From an uncultured Gemmatimonadales bacterium (GTDB lineage Bacteria; Gemmatimonadota; Gemmatimonadetes; Gemmatimonadales; GWC2-71-9), in assembly GCA_963748815.1 (NCBI GenBank), contig CAVVKJ010000005.1:480001-544000 (forward strand): a stretch of DNA of 64,000 nt, given 5' to 3'. The position numbers and the translations under genes were made by a program. This document shows positions 1-9,021 of this stretch, piece after piece; within the stretch, counting starts at the first letter, position 1; every line of letters starts with the position of its first letter. The notes beneath the pieces are model-generated. The model searched no databases, was not told where the DNA came from, and saw nothing but the letters and a program-made list of their open reading frames with translations.

Positions 1-1
1 G

Positions 2-814
2 AACGAGCGCACGCTGGTCATCGGCATCAGCCAGTCCGGCGAGACCGCCGACACGCTGGCCGCCATCCGCGAGGCCCGCCGCCGGGGTGCGCGGACCATC
101 GGGCTGGTCAACGTGGTGGGCAGCACGATCGCGCGCGAGGTCGACGGCGGGACCTACCTCCACGCCGGCCCGGAAGTGGGCGTGGCGTCCACCAAGGCCT
201 TCACCAGCCAGGTGGCCGCGCTCGCGCTCCTGACCCTCCGGATTGGCCGCCTGCGGAACCTGAGCATCCTCCAGGGCCGCCAGTTCATCCAGGCGCTTAC
301 GGCGCTGCCGGCCCAGATCGAACAGATCCTGGCGAAGGAAGACGAAGTGAAGGTGCTCGCCGAGCGGTTCTTCACCGGCAACAACGCGCTGTACCTCGGC
401 CGGGGCGTCAACTTCCCGGTGGCGCTGGAAGGCGCGCTGAAGCTCAAGGAAATCTCGTACATCCACGCGGAGGGGTATCCCGCCGCGGAAATGAAGCACG
501 GGCCGATCGCGCTCATCGACGAGAACATGCCGGTGGTGTTCATCGCCCCGCGGGACGCGGTGCACTCGAAGATCGTGTCCAACATCGAGGAGGTGAAGGC
601 GCGGGGCGGCAAGGTGCTCGCCATCTGCTCCGAGGACGACGCCGAGATCGAGCGGCTGGCGGACGCGACCTTCACCATCCCGCAGACGCTCGACCTGCTG
701 ACCCCGATCCTGACGATCATCCCGCTCCAGCTGCTCTCGTACTACGTGGCGGTGCGCCGCGGGTGCAACGTGGACCAGCCCCGCAACCTCGCCAAGTCGG
801 TCACGGTCGAGTAG
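2..814 (+). CDS. glmS: Glutamine--fructose-6-phosphate transaminase, C-terminal SIS domains (5'-truncated by window)
   Basis: Frame open from position 2: ISQSGETADTL, GVASTKAFTSQ, EGALKLKEISYIHAEGY, C-terminal DQPRNLAKSVTVE. Confidence 0.98.
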   Translation, partial: NERTLVIGISQSGETADTLAAIREARRRGARTIGLVNVVGSTIAREVDGGTYLHAGPEVGVASTKAFTSQVAALALLTLRIGRLRNLSILQGRQFIQALTALPAQIEQILAKEDEVKVLAERFFTGNNALYLGRGVNFPVALEGALKLKEISYIHAEGYPAAEMKHGPIALIDENMPVVFIAPRDAVHSKIVSNIEEVKARGGKVLAICSEDDAEIERLADATFTIPQTLDLLTPILTIIPLQLLSYYVAVRRGCNVDQPRNLAKSVTVE

Positions 815-820
815 CGGAGG

Positions 821-1264
821 GTGCGCGTCGTCCTCCAGCGGGTCTCCCGCGCCAGCGTGACGGTCGGCGGCCGGGTCACCGGCGCCATCGGCCGCGGGTA
901 CCTCCTCCTCGCCGGCTTCCACCTCACCGACACCCCCGCGCAGTGCGACTGGATGGCCGCCAAGATCGCCGGGCTGCGTCTCTTTCCCGATGACGAGGGG
1001 AAAATGAACCGCGACCTCGCCGACGTCGACGGGGGGGTGCTGGTCGTCAGCCAGTTCACGCTTTTCGGCGACACCGAGCGGGGCCGCCGGCCCTCCTTCA
1101 TCGAGGCGGCTCGCCCCGAACAGGCCATTCCCCTGTACGAGCGATTTCTCGCGCAGCTGCGCACGGCCGGGCTCCGGGTCGAGGCCGGCGAATTTGGCGC
1201 CGACATGCAGGTGGAACTCCTGAACGACGGTCCCGTCACCCTCATCCTCGAGCGTCCGGCATGA
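821..1264 (+). CDS. dtd: D-aminoacyl-tRNA deacylase
   Basis: MRVVLQRVSRASV, SQFTL, GRRPSF, NDGPVT motifs. Confidence 0.97.
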   Translation: MRVVLQRVSRASVTVGGRVTGAIGRGYLLLAGFHLTDTPAQCDWMAAKIAGLRLFPDDEGKMNRDLADVDGGVLVVSQFTLFGDTERGRRPSFIEAARPEQAIPLYERFLAQLRTAGLRVEAGEFGADMQVELLNDGPVTLILERPA

Positions 1265-1833
1265 CTCCCCTGATCCTCGCCTCGGCCTCGCCTCGACGCC
1301 GCCAGCTGCTCGAGATGCTCGGCATCGAAGTCGATGTCCGCCCCTCGCAGGTGCCCGAGGTCCGGAAACCGGGCGAGGGCCCCCGCGACTATGCGCTGCG
1401 CCTGGCCCACGACAAGGCGAGTGCGGTGCCGGGCGACCTGGTGCTGGCGGCCGACACCATCGTGGTGCTCGACGAGGAACTGCTCGAGAAACCGCTGGAC
1501 GAGGACGATGCGGTGCAGATGCTGCTTCGGCTGCAGGGCAGGACGCACCACGTTATCACGGCGGTGGCGCTCCGGGCCGGCATTACGGTCTTCGAGGCGG
1601 TGGACGTGACGGCGGTGACCTTCCGGCCGGCGCGCGAGGGGATGCTGCGCGCCTACGTCCGGACCGGCGAGCCGATGGACAAGGCGGGCGCCTATGGCAT
1701 CCAGGGGTACGGGGCGGCGCTGGTGGAGGGAATCGACGGCGATTTCTTCGGGGTGATGGGGCTACCCCTCCGCCTCGTCCTGGACCTGCTTGCGGAGGCT
1801 GGATTCCCGTATTCGTTTCCCGGTGAGGACTGA
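1261..1833 (+). CDS. maf: Maf-family nucleoside triphosphate pyrophosphatase
   Basis: LILASASPRRRQLL, ADTIVV, EKP, DKAGAYGIQG motifs; ATGA overlap with dtd. Confidence 0.95.
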   Translation: MTPLILASASPRRRQLLEMLGIEVDVRPSQVPEVRKPGEGPRDYALRLAHDKASAVPGDLVLAADTIVVLDEELLEKPLDEDDAVQMLLRLQGRTHHVITAVALRAGITVFEAVDVTAVTFRPAREGMLRAYVRTGEPMDKAGAYGIQGYGAALVEGIDGDFFGVMGLPLRLVLDLLAEAGFPYSFPGED

Positions 1834-1887
1834 GGACTGAGGGACTGAGGACTGAGGACTGAGGACCTGACTGGCCTCAGCCCTCAG
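1824..1887. repeat. Six tandem TGAGGAC heptamers (one with an extra G) followed by two complementary CCTCAG units, between convergent genes
   Basis: Units start at 1824, 1831, 1838, 1846, 1853, 1860; CCTCAG at 1875 and 1882. Confidence 0.9.
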
Positions 1888-3493
1888 CCGCCTGTCCTTT
1901 CATCCGGTAGACCGTGACTCTCCCCGCCCGACCCTTGATGTCGATTCCTTCCGCCCGCTCGACGGCGGGCTTCGCCTTGCCCAGCTGTCGATAGAACGAC
2001 TCCGCGAGCAGAATTTCCCCGGGCGCGGCCGCGGAGCAGAGCCGTGAGGCGACGTTCACCGCGTCGCCGATGACGGTGTACTCCAGTCGACGGTGGCTGC
2101 CGATGTTCCCGGCAAAGACCTCCCCGTAGTTGATTCCGATCCCGACACTGATCGTGGGCCGACCCTGCGCGGCCCACCGCGCGTTGATCTCGCCCACCGC
2201 CCGCTGCATGCCCACCGCGGCGTGGAGCGCGCGCTCCGCGTCGTCGGGATGGCTGATGGGGGCGCCCCACTGCGCCATGATGGCGTCGCCGATGAACTTG
2301 TCGAGGGTGCCGCCGTGCTCGAAAATCACGTCCACCATCTCGGTGAAATAGGCGCTGAGCAGACCGGCGATCGCGTCCGGCGGCATCGACTCCGCGAGCG
2401 CGGTGAAGCCCCGGATGTCACTGAAGAGAATGGTCAGGGGCTGGCGTGTCCCGCCGAGTTCCACCGTGCCTTGCCGTCCGGCGATTTCCGCTGCGACCGA
2501 GGGCGCGAAGTACCGCTCGAAGTTGGCGCGGGTGGCGGCCTCCCGCTGGGCCGCGTCGGCCGAACGGGCGGCGCGCATCCCTCCCGCCGCGATGCCGCCG
2601 AAGGCCACCAGGAACTGGAGGTCCTCCTCGGTAAAGCTCCCCGGCGTGGCAAGGTTGTCGACATAGAGCAGCCCGAGCACCTCGTCCCGCTCCGCCAGCA
2701 GCGGGGCGCACATGGCGCCGCGGACACTCTGCTGCACCACTGACTTCCCGGTAAATCGCTCGTCCGCCGCGGCGTTGTCGGTCTGCAGCGCCACCCGCTC
2801 CTCCACCGCCTTGCGCGCGATGGACTGCGGCACGCGCAGACTCTCCGCCCCGCCGAGACGACTGCGCGAGGCGGCCGGCACGAGATCGCCGCTCTTTGTG
2901 TCGCGGAGCAGGATGGCGACCCGATCCACGTTGAGCACCTGGAAGGTGGTCTCGGCCACCGTGTTCAGCAGACGGTCGAGGTCGAGCTCCCCGGAGAGGC
3001 GATTGGAAAGGGCGAGGAGGTGGGCCAGCTTTTCCGCCTGTCGCTCCGGGCCCCCGGAACCGACGCGGAGCAGGCCGTCCGCCGGCGCGGCATCCACCCG
3101 CGCGGGGGTGTCCGCGCTGACTGCGAGCTGCCGGACAATGGTCCCGCCCTTCGGGCCCGCCGGTGCGGCGGGCATGGGGACTCGATGCTCGGCCGTCACC
3201 TCCAGCGCGCGGAGATAGTAGGAAATCTTGCCAAACGCGACCGCATCGTTGGGCGCCAGCCACCCCTCGGTGACCCGCACCCCGTTGATCGACGTGCCAT
3301 TGGAACTGCCGAGATCGCGGACGCGCACTCCCTCGCCCTGGTCGTCGGCGGTGAGTTCAGCGTGGTGGCGGGAGACGGTTGGGTCGAAGACCGGGACGTC
3401 GCACTCGACGGCCCGCCCCACGATCAGGGTGCGGCCGGCGGGCAGCTCGAAGCGCTGGTCGCCGCCGAAGCTGATGAGCGAGAAGAGTGGCAT
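1877..3493 (-). CDS. FHA-GAF-class III adenylate cyclase
   Basis: FHA (VGR...VSRHHA...DLGSSNGT), GAF (MCAPL...GLLYVDN...FTEEDL), cyclase (ILFSDIRGFT, DKFIGDAIMA, EYTVIGDAVNVASRL). Confidence 0.93.
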   Translation of the reverse strand: MPLFSLISFGGDQRFELPAGRTLIVGRAVECDVPVFDPTVSRHHAELTADDQGEGVRVRDLGSSNGTSINGVRVTEGWLAPNDAVAFGKISYYLRALEVTAEHRVPMPAAPAGPKGGTIVRQLAVSADTPARVDAAPADGLLRVGSGGPERQAEKLAHLLALSNRLSGELDLDRLLNTVAETTFQVLNVDRVAILLRDTKSGDLVPAASRSRLGGAESLRVPQSIARKAVEERVALQTDNAAADERFTGKSVVQQSVRGAMCAPLLAERDEVLGLLYVDNLATPGSFTEEDLQFLVAFGGIAAGGMRAARSADAAQREAATRANFERYFAPSVAAEIAGRQGTVELGGTRQPLTILFSDIRGFTALAESMPPDAIAGLLSAYFTEMVDVIFEHGGTLDKFIGDAIMAQWGAPISHPDDAERALHAAVGMQRAVGEINARWAAQGRPTISVGIGINYGEVFAGNIGSHRRLEYTVIGDAVNVASRLCSAAAPGEILLAESFYRQLGKAKPAVERAEGIDIKGRAGRVTVYRMKGQAAEG

Positions 3494-3542
3494 GATGGCG
3501 GGAATCTAGCGCGTCAGGCGCCGGCTCGGGGGATGGCGCGCC

Positions 3543-4112
3543 TCAACGCGGCGCCACCATCTGGTAGCGGCCGAGGGTTGCGACGGTGGCTCGCAGGTTG
3601 TCGCTGGCGGGGCGGGTGGAGCGCAGGGTCTGGAACTGGGCGCCGTCGTCCTCGGCGAGCGCCACCACGAGCGCCTGCTCGAACAGGACATCCGTGGGGT
3701 AGCGGGTGCGACTGTCGGAGGGGGCGGCAAAGTGCACGGGATACTTGAACGTCAGGTGTACCGGCGAGGCCATCGTCGCCTCGCTCGCCAGGGTGAGGCC
3801 GTACGTCCCGGGAAGCGGCCGGAGCGAGAGGGTCACGAGTTCGCCGCCTCGGGCCGGTACCAGGGCGCCGGCCGGCACATCGACTTCCGCGAAGACGGTG
3901 TTGTCAGGCGGCCCGTGCCGAAGCACAATCGATCGCCCCGCGGACGCCGCAAACGTCACCGAGGTATCGGGGGCCTGGGCGCCCCAGACCTCCACGGTGA
4001 ACACCTGGTCGGCGCGGTACATCCGCGGCGCCGGTCCCGGCGCCGGACCCTCGATGCTCGCGGCCGAGCCCCGGCAGGCGCTGATGCCCGCGACCAGGCA
4101 GAGCGCCAGCAC
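3543..4112 (-). CDS. Hypothetical lipoprotein; start uncertain (GTG 4112 or TTG 4163)
   Basis: Only the C-terminal ~190 aa of the 891-aa track ORF looks protein-like; hydrophobic stretch with ISAC lipobox; GGAGG before GTG 4112. Confidence 0.6.
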   Translation of the reverse strand: MLALCLVAGISACRGSAASIEGPAPGPAPRMYRADQVFTVEVWGAQAPDTSVTFAASAGRSIVLRHGPPDNTVFAEVDVPAGALVPARGGELVTLSLRPLPGTYGLTLASEATMASPVHLTFKYPVHFAAPSDSRTRYPTDVLFEQALVVALAEDDGAQFQTLRSTRPASDNLRATVATLGRYQMVAPR

Positions 4113-4166
4113 GACGCCTCCGGCACCGCTTGCTCCATCTCTCCCTATCCGGGATATTCTCAAGTG

Positions 4167-6209
4167 ATGCGCCTCCGCCTCCAGGTCCTCGTCGCCATCA
4201 CGTTCGCGCTTGCCCCTCCGCTCGCGGCCCAGCAATGGAACACGCCGGAGGTGCTGGCGCTGGTGGGTCGCGGCACGGCTCGCCGTCAGCTGGTGGAGGC
4301 CGACACCACCCTGCGCTCGTACCGGGCGGAAGCCCGCGGCTTCGTCCTCTTCATGGCGCAGGTCGGATCGGGGCTGACCGAGCCGCCGCGCCTCGTGAAG
4401 GCCGACCAGCTGCAACTGGAAGTGTATTGGCGGGCACCGGGGATCAGCAAGCAGACCATCCTCGGGTGGCGCGACGGCACCTGGCTGCCCACCGATATCA
4501 ACTACCATCGCGACCACCTCGGCGTGGTCACCAACAACTACGGGAACCGCATCCGCATCGGGGAGGGGGATGAAGTCCGCGACGTCTTCCACCCCCTCTC
4601 CCCGCAGGGGATGGCGCTGTACGATTTCGCCCTCCAGGACTCGCTCGCCCTCTCGGCCAACACCCGCTCCGTCCAGGTGTATGAGGTTGCGGTCCGCCCG
4701 AAGTCCTTCGCCCAGCCGCTGGTCATCGGCACGCTCTACCTCGACGTCGAAACCGCCGAGGTCGTCCAGTTCCGCTTCAGCTTCACCCCGGTCGCCTACC
4801 TCGACCCGCAGCTCGAAGACATCAGCATCGTCCTGGAGAATGCGCTGTACGAAGGGCGCTACTGGTTGCCGGAACGACAGCAGGTCGAGATCCGGCGCCG
4901 AACGACCTGGCTCGACTTTCCCGCCCGGGGGATCATTCAGGGCCGGTGGGAGGTCGGCGACTACGATCTCAACGCGGAATTCCCCGCCGCGCTCAACGCG
5001 GCCCCGGCCATCGGCGGGCTGCGGGAGCCTGCCCCCGACGCAACCACGTGGCCGCAGCCGCTGGCGGACGCCGTCGCCGGGATGGCCGACCCTGTCACCC
5101 AGCAGGACATGACCGCGCTCCGACAACAGGTGGAACGCATCGCTGGGGACCGGGCCCTCAGCGGGCTCAATGGGACGCGGATCGCCTCGAACTCCATCAG
5201 CGAGCTCGCACATGTCAACCGGGTGCAGGGCCTCACGCTCGGGTTCGGGCTGACCCTGCAGGCGGCCCAGCGGCGGATCGCGCTCCGCCCCTACGCCGCG
5301 TACGGCACCAGCGACGGCCGGCTCTTCGGCCGGCTGGTCGTGGACCTCGGACTCGGGACCAACACGGTCAGTGTCGGGGCGGGGCGCCGGGTGCAGGACG
5401 TGAGCGACTTTCTCATCACCGCCCCCGTGCTCAACTCCATCACCTCCCAGGAGGTTGGGCAGGACTACGGCGACTACGCGCTGGTGGACTGGCTGAACCT
5501 CGGGATCCGCAGGCCGATTGCGGACCGGACGGCGCTCACGCTCTCGATCGGGGTGCAGGAGAGCCACGATATGGCTGTGGCCGCGACCCCCGCGCGCGGA
5601 ACCTACCGGGCCAATCCGGCGCTCGGGGCGGGGCGCTACACGTTGGGGACGGTGGGGTTGACGCGTGAAGCCGAGGGAATGCCCGCGCGCCACGACCTCA
5701 GCGGCGAGCTGCTCCTCGAGGGTGGAACCGGCCCGACCGACTACCTCCGTGCCACGGTCCGTGGCCGGTGGCAGGCCCCACTCGGCGGCGGGGCGCTCCG
5801 GGTCCTTGCCTATGGCGGGGTCGGCGGCGACGGCATGCCGGCGTACCGGAGTTTCGTGATGGGCGGCCGGGGCAGCCTGGTCGGCTACTCCTTCCGGGAG
5901 TTTGGCGGCCGGAGCCTGGCGTTGGCGCACGCCGAGTGGCGCTTCGACCTCCCGGCCCCCGCCATCCCGCTTGGGACCTTCGCGAGCACCGGCCGTACCT
6001 TCGTGCTGGCCCCCTTCCTTGGCGCTGGCTGGAGCGAGCGGGCGGTGGCGGGCACCCCGTGGGCCGCGAGCGATGGCCTCCGCGGCACGGTCGGGCTGGC
6101 GACCGAGTGGTTCATGGGGCTCCTCCGGCTGGAGGCGGGCTACGGGCTCCGTGACGGGCTGTTCGAGGTCACACTCGACATCAGCCGGGAGTGGTGGAAC
6201 ATCCTGTAG
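4167..6209 (+). CDS. Secreted protein with probable C-terminal outer-membrane beta-barrel (DUF5686-like / Omp85-like)
   Basis: Signal peptide MRLRLQVLVAITFALAPPLAA; alternating beta-strand pattern in C-terminal half; shares motifs with the 30070-32220 protein. Confidence 0.7.
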   Translation: MRLRLQVLVAITFALAPPLAAQQWNTPEVLALVGRGTARRQLVEADTTLRSYRAEARGFVLFMAQVGSGLTEPPRLVKADQLQLEVYWRAPGISKQTILGWRDGTWLPTDINYHRDHLGVVTNNYGNRIRIGEGDEVRDVFHPLSPQGMALYDFALQDSLALSANTRSVQVYEVAVRPKSFAQPLVIGTLYLDVETAEVVQFRFSFTPVAYLDPQLEDISIVLENALYEGRYWLPERQQVEIRRRTTWLDFPARGIIQGRWEVGDYDLNAEFPAALNAAPAIGGLREPAPDATTWPQPLADAVAGMADPVTQQDMTALRQQVERIAGDRALSGLNGTRIASNSISELAHVNRVQGLTLGFGLTLQAAQRRIALRPYAAYGTSDGRLFGRLVVDLGLGTNTVSVGAGRRVQDVSDFLITAPVLNSITSQEVGQDYGDYALVDWLNLGIRRPIADRTALTLSIGVQESHDMAVAATPARGTYRANPALGAGRYTLGTVGLTREAEGMPARHDLSGELLLEGGTGPTDYLRATVRGRWQAPLGGGALRVLAYGGVGGDGMPAYRSFVMGGRGSLVGYSFREFGGRSLALAHAEWRFDLPAPAIPLGTFASTGRTFVLAPFLGAGWSERAVAGTPWAASDGLRGTVGLATEWFMGLLRLEAGYGLRDGLFEVTLDISREWWNIL

Positions 6210-6279
6210 CGTTGGCACTACCCATTGCCCCCCGGGCGGCCTTTATTTCTGGTTCTACTTCCTTGAGGTAAGCTGCGGA

Positions 6280-8529
6280 ATGGCATTTCTGGACGAATGG
6301 CTGGTTCCCACGCTGGAAATCACGGTGCCCGAGGAGGCCATGGCGGCCATCCGCGAGGCCGCCGAGGCGACGCCGACGTCGCTCTGGGAACAGCTCGTCC
6401 AGCGCCGGATCATGACTGACGACGAGATTCTGACCGCCATTTCCGCCCGTTTCCGCCTGCCGCTGGCCGATTTGACCACGATGGACATGAAGGTGCGGGA
6501 CGTGGTGCCGGAGAGCGTCGCCCGCAAGCACCACGTGCTGCCGCTGCGGATCACCGACTCGACCCTCGACGCCGCCACCGCCAATCCGTTCGACATCGAC
6601 GCCGAGAAGATGCTGGCCTTCGCGACCGGGCGCGAGGTGCGGCTGCTGCTGACCTCGCCGGGGCGGATCAAGGACCGGCTCGAGGAGCTGTATCGGGGCG
6701 AGAATCTTGTCTCGAAGCTGCTTGGCGGCCTGGAGACCGGCGCCGACGTCCAGCAGATCGAGGACACGCCGGAGGACGTCAGTGCCTCCGCGGACGAGGC
6801 GAGCCAGAAGCCGATCATTCGACTGGTGGACATGATGCTGGCCGACGGCGTCACCAGCCGGGCCAGCGACATCCACGTCGAGCCGATCGAGGGCGGCGTC
6901 ACGGTGCGCTACCGCATCGACGGGGTGCTCCGGCAGGTCATGACGGTGCCGCGGGCCGCCGGCGTCCCGCTGATTTCCCGGATCAAGATCATGTCGGGGC
7001 TCGACATCGCCGACCGGCTCCGGCCGCAGGACGGTCGGGCTCGTATCGCCATCAACAACGACAAGGTGGACCTCCGCGTCTCGACCCTCCCCGCCACCTA
7101 TGGCGAGAAGGTCGTCATCCGAATCCTCAACCAGAAGTCCACCGTCCTGTCGCTGGAGACGCTGGGGCTCTTCGTCGAGGAACGGGCGCAGATCGAGCGC
7201 CTGCTGGGGTACAAGGAAGGCATCATCCTCGTCACCGGCCCGACCGGCTCGGGCAAGACCACGACGCTGTACTCCGCCCTCCGGATGATCCAGAGCGAGG
7301 GAGTCAACATCGTCACGGTCGAGGACCCGGTCGAGTTCCGGCTGGGCAAGCACATCGTCCAGGTCCAGATCAACGAGAAGGCCGGCCTCACCTTTTCCAC
7401 TGCCTTGCGGTCGATCCTGCGGCAGGACCCCGACGTCGTGCTGGTCGGCGAAATCCGCGACGGCGAAACGGCGCAGATCGCCGTGCAGGCGTCGCTCACC
7501 GGCCACCTCGTCCTCTCCACGCTGCACACCAACGACGCGCCGAACTCCGTCACCCGCCTCGTCGACATGGGGATGCAGGCCTACAAGATCGGCGCGGCGC
7601 TCCGCGGCGTGATCGCCCAGCGCCTGATGCGCCGGCTCTGCCTCTCCTGCCGCGTCGTGCAGCGGGATCCGGTGCCGGAGCGCGTGATGCAGTATTTCAC
7701 CAATGCCAAGACGCTCTACCAGCCGAAGGGGTGCCCCGACTGCGCCATGACCGGGTATCGCGGCCGATTCTCCATCGTGGAGATCCTCACGATGAGCCCC
7801 GAGATCGAGCGGCTGATCGGCCAGGGCGCCACGGTGGACCTCATCGCGACCGCGGCCCGGCAGAACGGGATGCTCTCGCTGTTCGAGAGCGGGCTGCGGC
7901 ACGTGATCGAGGGCGACAGTTCGGTCGACGAACTGCTCCGGGTGACCGACATCCCGATGGAAGGGCGCTACGGTGCGGCGGGCGCCCGGCAGGCGGCGCT
8001 CGGTATCCCCTCGCTCTATCCGACGGGGGTCTTTCCCGCCGTGCCGCAGGGGCAGGCGGCACCGGCCGCGCCGGCGGTCGACCTGACCACCGCGTTTGAA
8101 CTGCTGGAGGACGCTCCCCCGGTGGAGGAGCCCGCCGTCGACGCCTCGCGCGGGGTCTCGGTCCTCCTGGTGGACGACGAGGACCAGCTCCGGCGGGTCA
8201 TGAAAGACCTCCTCGAACGGGACGGCTACCTCGTCCACGAGGCGCGGGACGGCGTGCAGGCGCTCGACCAGGTGGACCGGGTGGCGCCCGACATCATCGT
8301 GCTGGACCTCAACCTTCCCGGGCTCGACGGGTACGGCGTGCTGGCCAAGCTCCGCTCCCGTCCCACCACGCAGGACATCCCGGTCATCGTGCTGACCGCC
8401 AAGGGCGACGAGGACAACGAGGTCCGCGTCTTCGAGCTCGGCGCCGATGACTTCCTGACCAAGCCCTTCCGGGCGCGCGCGCTCTCCGCCCGGCTGGACG
8501 CCGTCCTCAATCGGCGCCGGGCCGGGTAG
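6280..8529 (+). CDS. PilB/GspE-family secretion/pilus ATPase with C-terminal response-regulator receiver domain
   Basis: ASDIHVEP, Walker A GPTGSGKTT, EDPVE, LRQDPDVVLVGEIRD, TGHLVLSTLH, two CxxC; receiver VLLVDD...VLDLNLP...LTA...KPF. Confidence 0.93.
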   Translation: MAFLDEWLVPTLEITVPEEAMAAIREAAEATPTSLWEQLVQRRIMTDDEILTAISARFRLPLADLTTMDMKVRDVVPESVARKHHVLPLRITDSTLDAATANPFDIDAEKMLAFATGREVRLLLTSPGRIKDRLEELYRGENLVSKLLGGLETGADVQQIEDTPEDVSASADEASQKPIIRLVDMMLADGVTSRASDIHVEPIEGGVTVRYRIDGVLRQVMTVPRAAGVPLISRIKIMSGLDIADRLRPQDGRARIAINNDKVDLRVSTLPATYGEKVVIRILNQKSTVLSLETLGLFVEERAQIERLLGYKEGIILVTGPTGSGKTTTLYSALRMIQSEGVNIVTVEDPVEFRLGKHIVQVQINEKAGLTFSTALRSILRQDPDVVLVGEIRDGETAQIAVQASLTGHLVLSTLHTNDAPNSVTRLVDMGMQAYKIGAALRGVIAQRLMRRLCLSCRVVQRDPVPERVMQYFTNAKTLYQPKGCPDCAMTGYRGRFSIVEILTMSPEIERLIGQGATVDLIATAARQNGMLSLFESGLRHVIEGDSSVDELLRVTDIPMEGRYGAAGARQAALGIPSLYPTGVFPAVPQGQAAPAAPAVDLTTAFELLEDAPPVEEPAVDASRGVSVLLVDDEDQLRRVMKDLLERDGYLVHEARDGVQALDQVDRVAPDIIVLDLNLPGLDGYGVLAKLRSRPTTQDIPVIVLTAKGDEDNEVRVFELGADDFLTKPFRARALSARLDAVLNRRRAG

Positions 8530-8553
8530 CCGGGCGCCGGAAAGCAGCGGGGC

Positions 8554-9021
8554 ATGACCGACGTTCGCGTGTCGATGATCGATCTCTACGTGGCCCGCCC
8601 GGTCGGGGCGGGCTTCGAGTTTCTGGTGCTCCGTCGGAGCGGGGGCGGGCGGTCACGAGGGGCGTGGGAGGCGGTGCACGGGCATCTCGAGGCGGGCGAG
8701 TCGCCGGTCGACGGGGCCTGCCGCGAGTTGCTGGAGGAGACCGGACTCGCCCCCGCGGCGCTCTACAACCTGAGCCGCGTCGAGTCCTTCTACCTGCACC
8801 GGGAGGATGCGGTGGCCGTCATTCCCGCCTTCGTGGCCTTCGTGCCCGCGGCCGCCGAGCCCGTGCTCTCCGACGAACACGACGCGGCGGAGTGGCTGTC
8901 GGCAGACCTGGCCCGGAGCCGGCTCGCGTGGCCCCGGTCCCGCCGCGCACTCGACGACATCCTGGTGCTGTTCGCCGACGGCAGCGCCGGCCCGCTGGAG
9001 GACCTGCTTCGCCTATGCTGA
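8554..9021 (+). CDS. NUDIX hydrolase (NudB-like)
   Basis: Nudix box GHLEAGESPVDGACRELLEETGL; LSDEH. Confidence 0.88.
   Translation: MTDVRVSMIDLYVARPVGAGFEFLVLRRSGGGRSRGAWEAVHGHLEAGESPVDGACRELLEETGLAPAALYNLSRVESFYLHREDAVAVIPAFVAFVPAAAEPVLSDEHDAAEWLSADLARSRLAWPRSRRALDDILVLFADGSAGPLEDLLRLC

Noticed and set aside
1824..1866. Possible CRISPR array
   Set aside because: 7-nt tandem units without spacers, and no cas genes
4113..6218. N-terminal ~700 aa of the 891-aa minus-strand ORF
   Set aside because: Antisense shadow of the 4167-6209 gene; low-complexity Arg/Pro/Ala sequence
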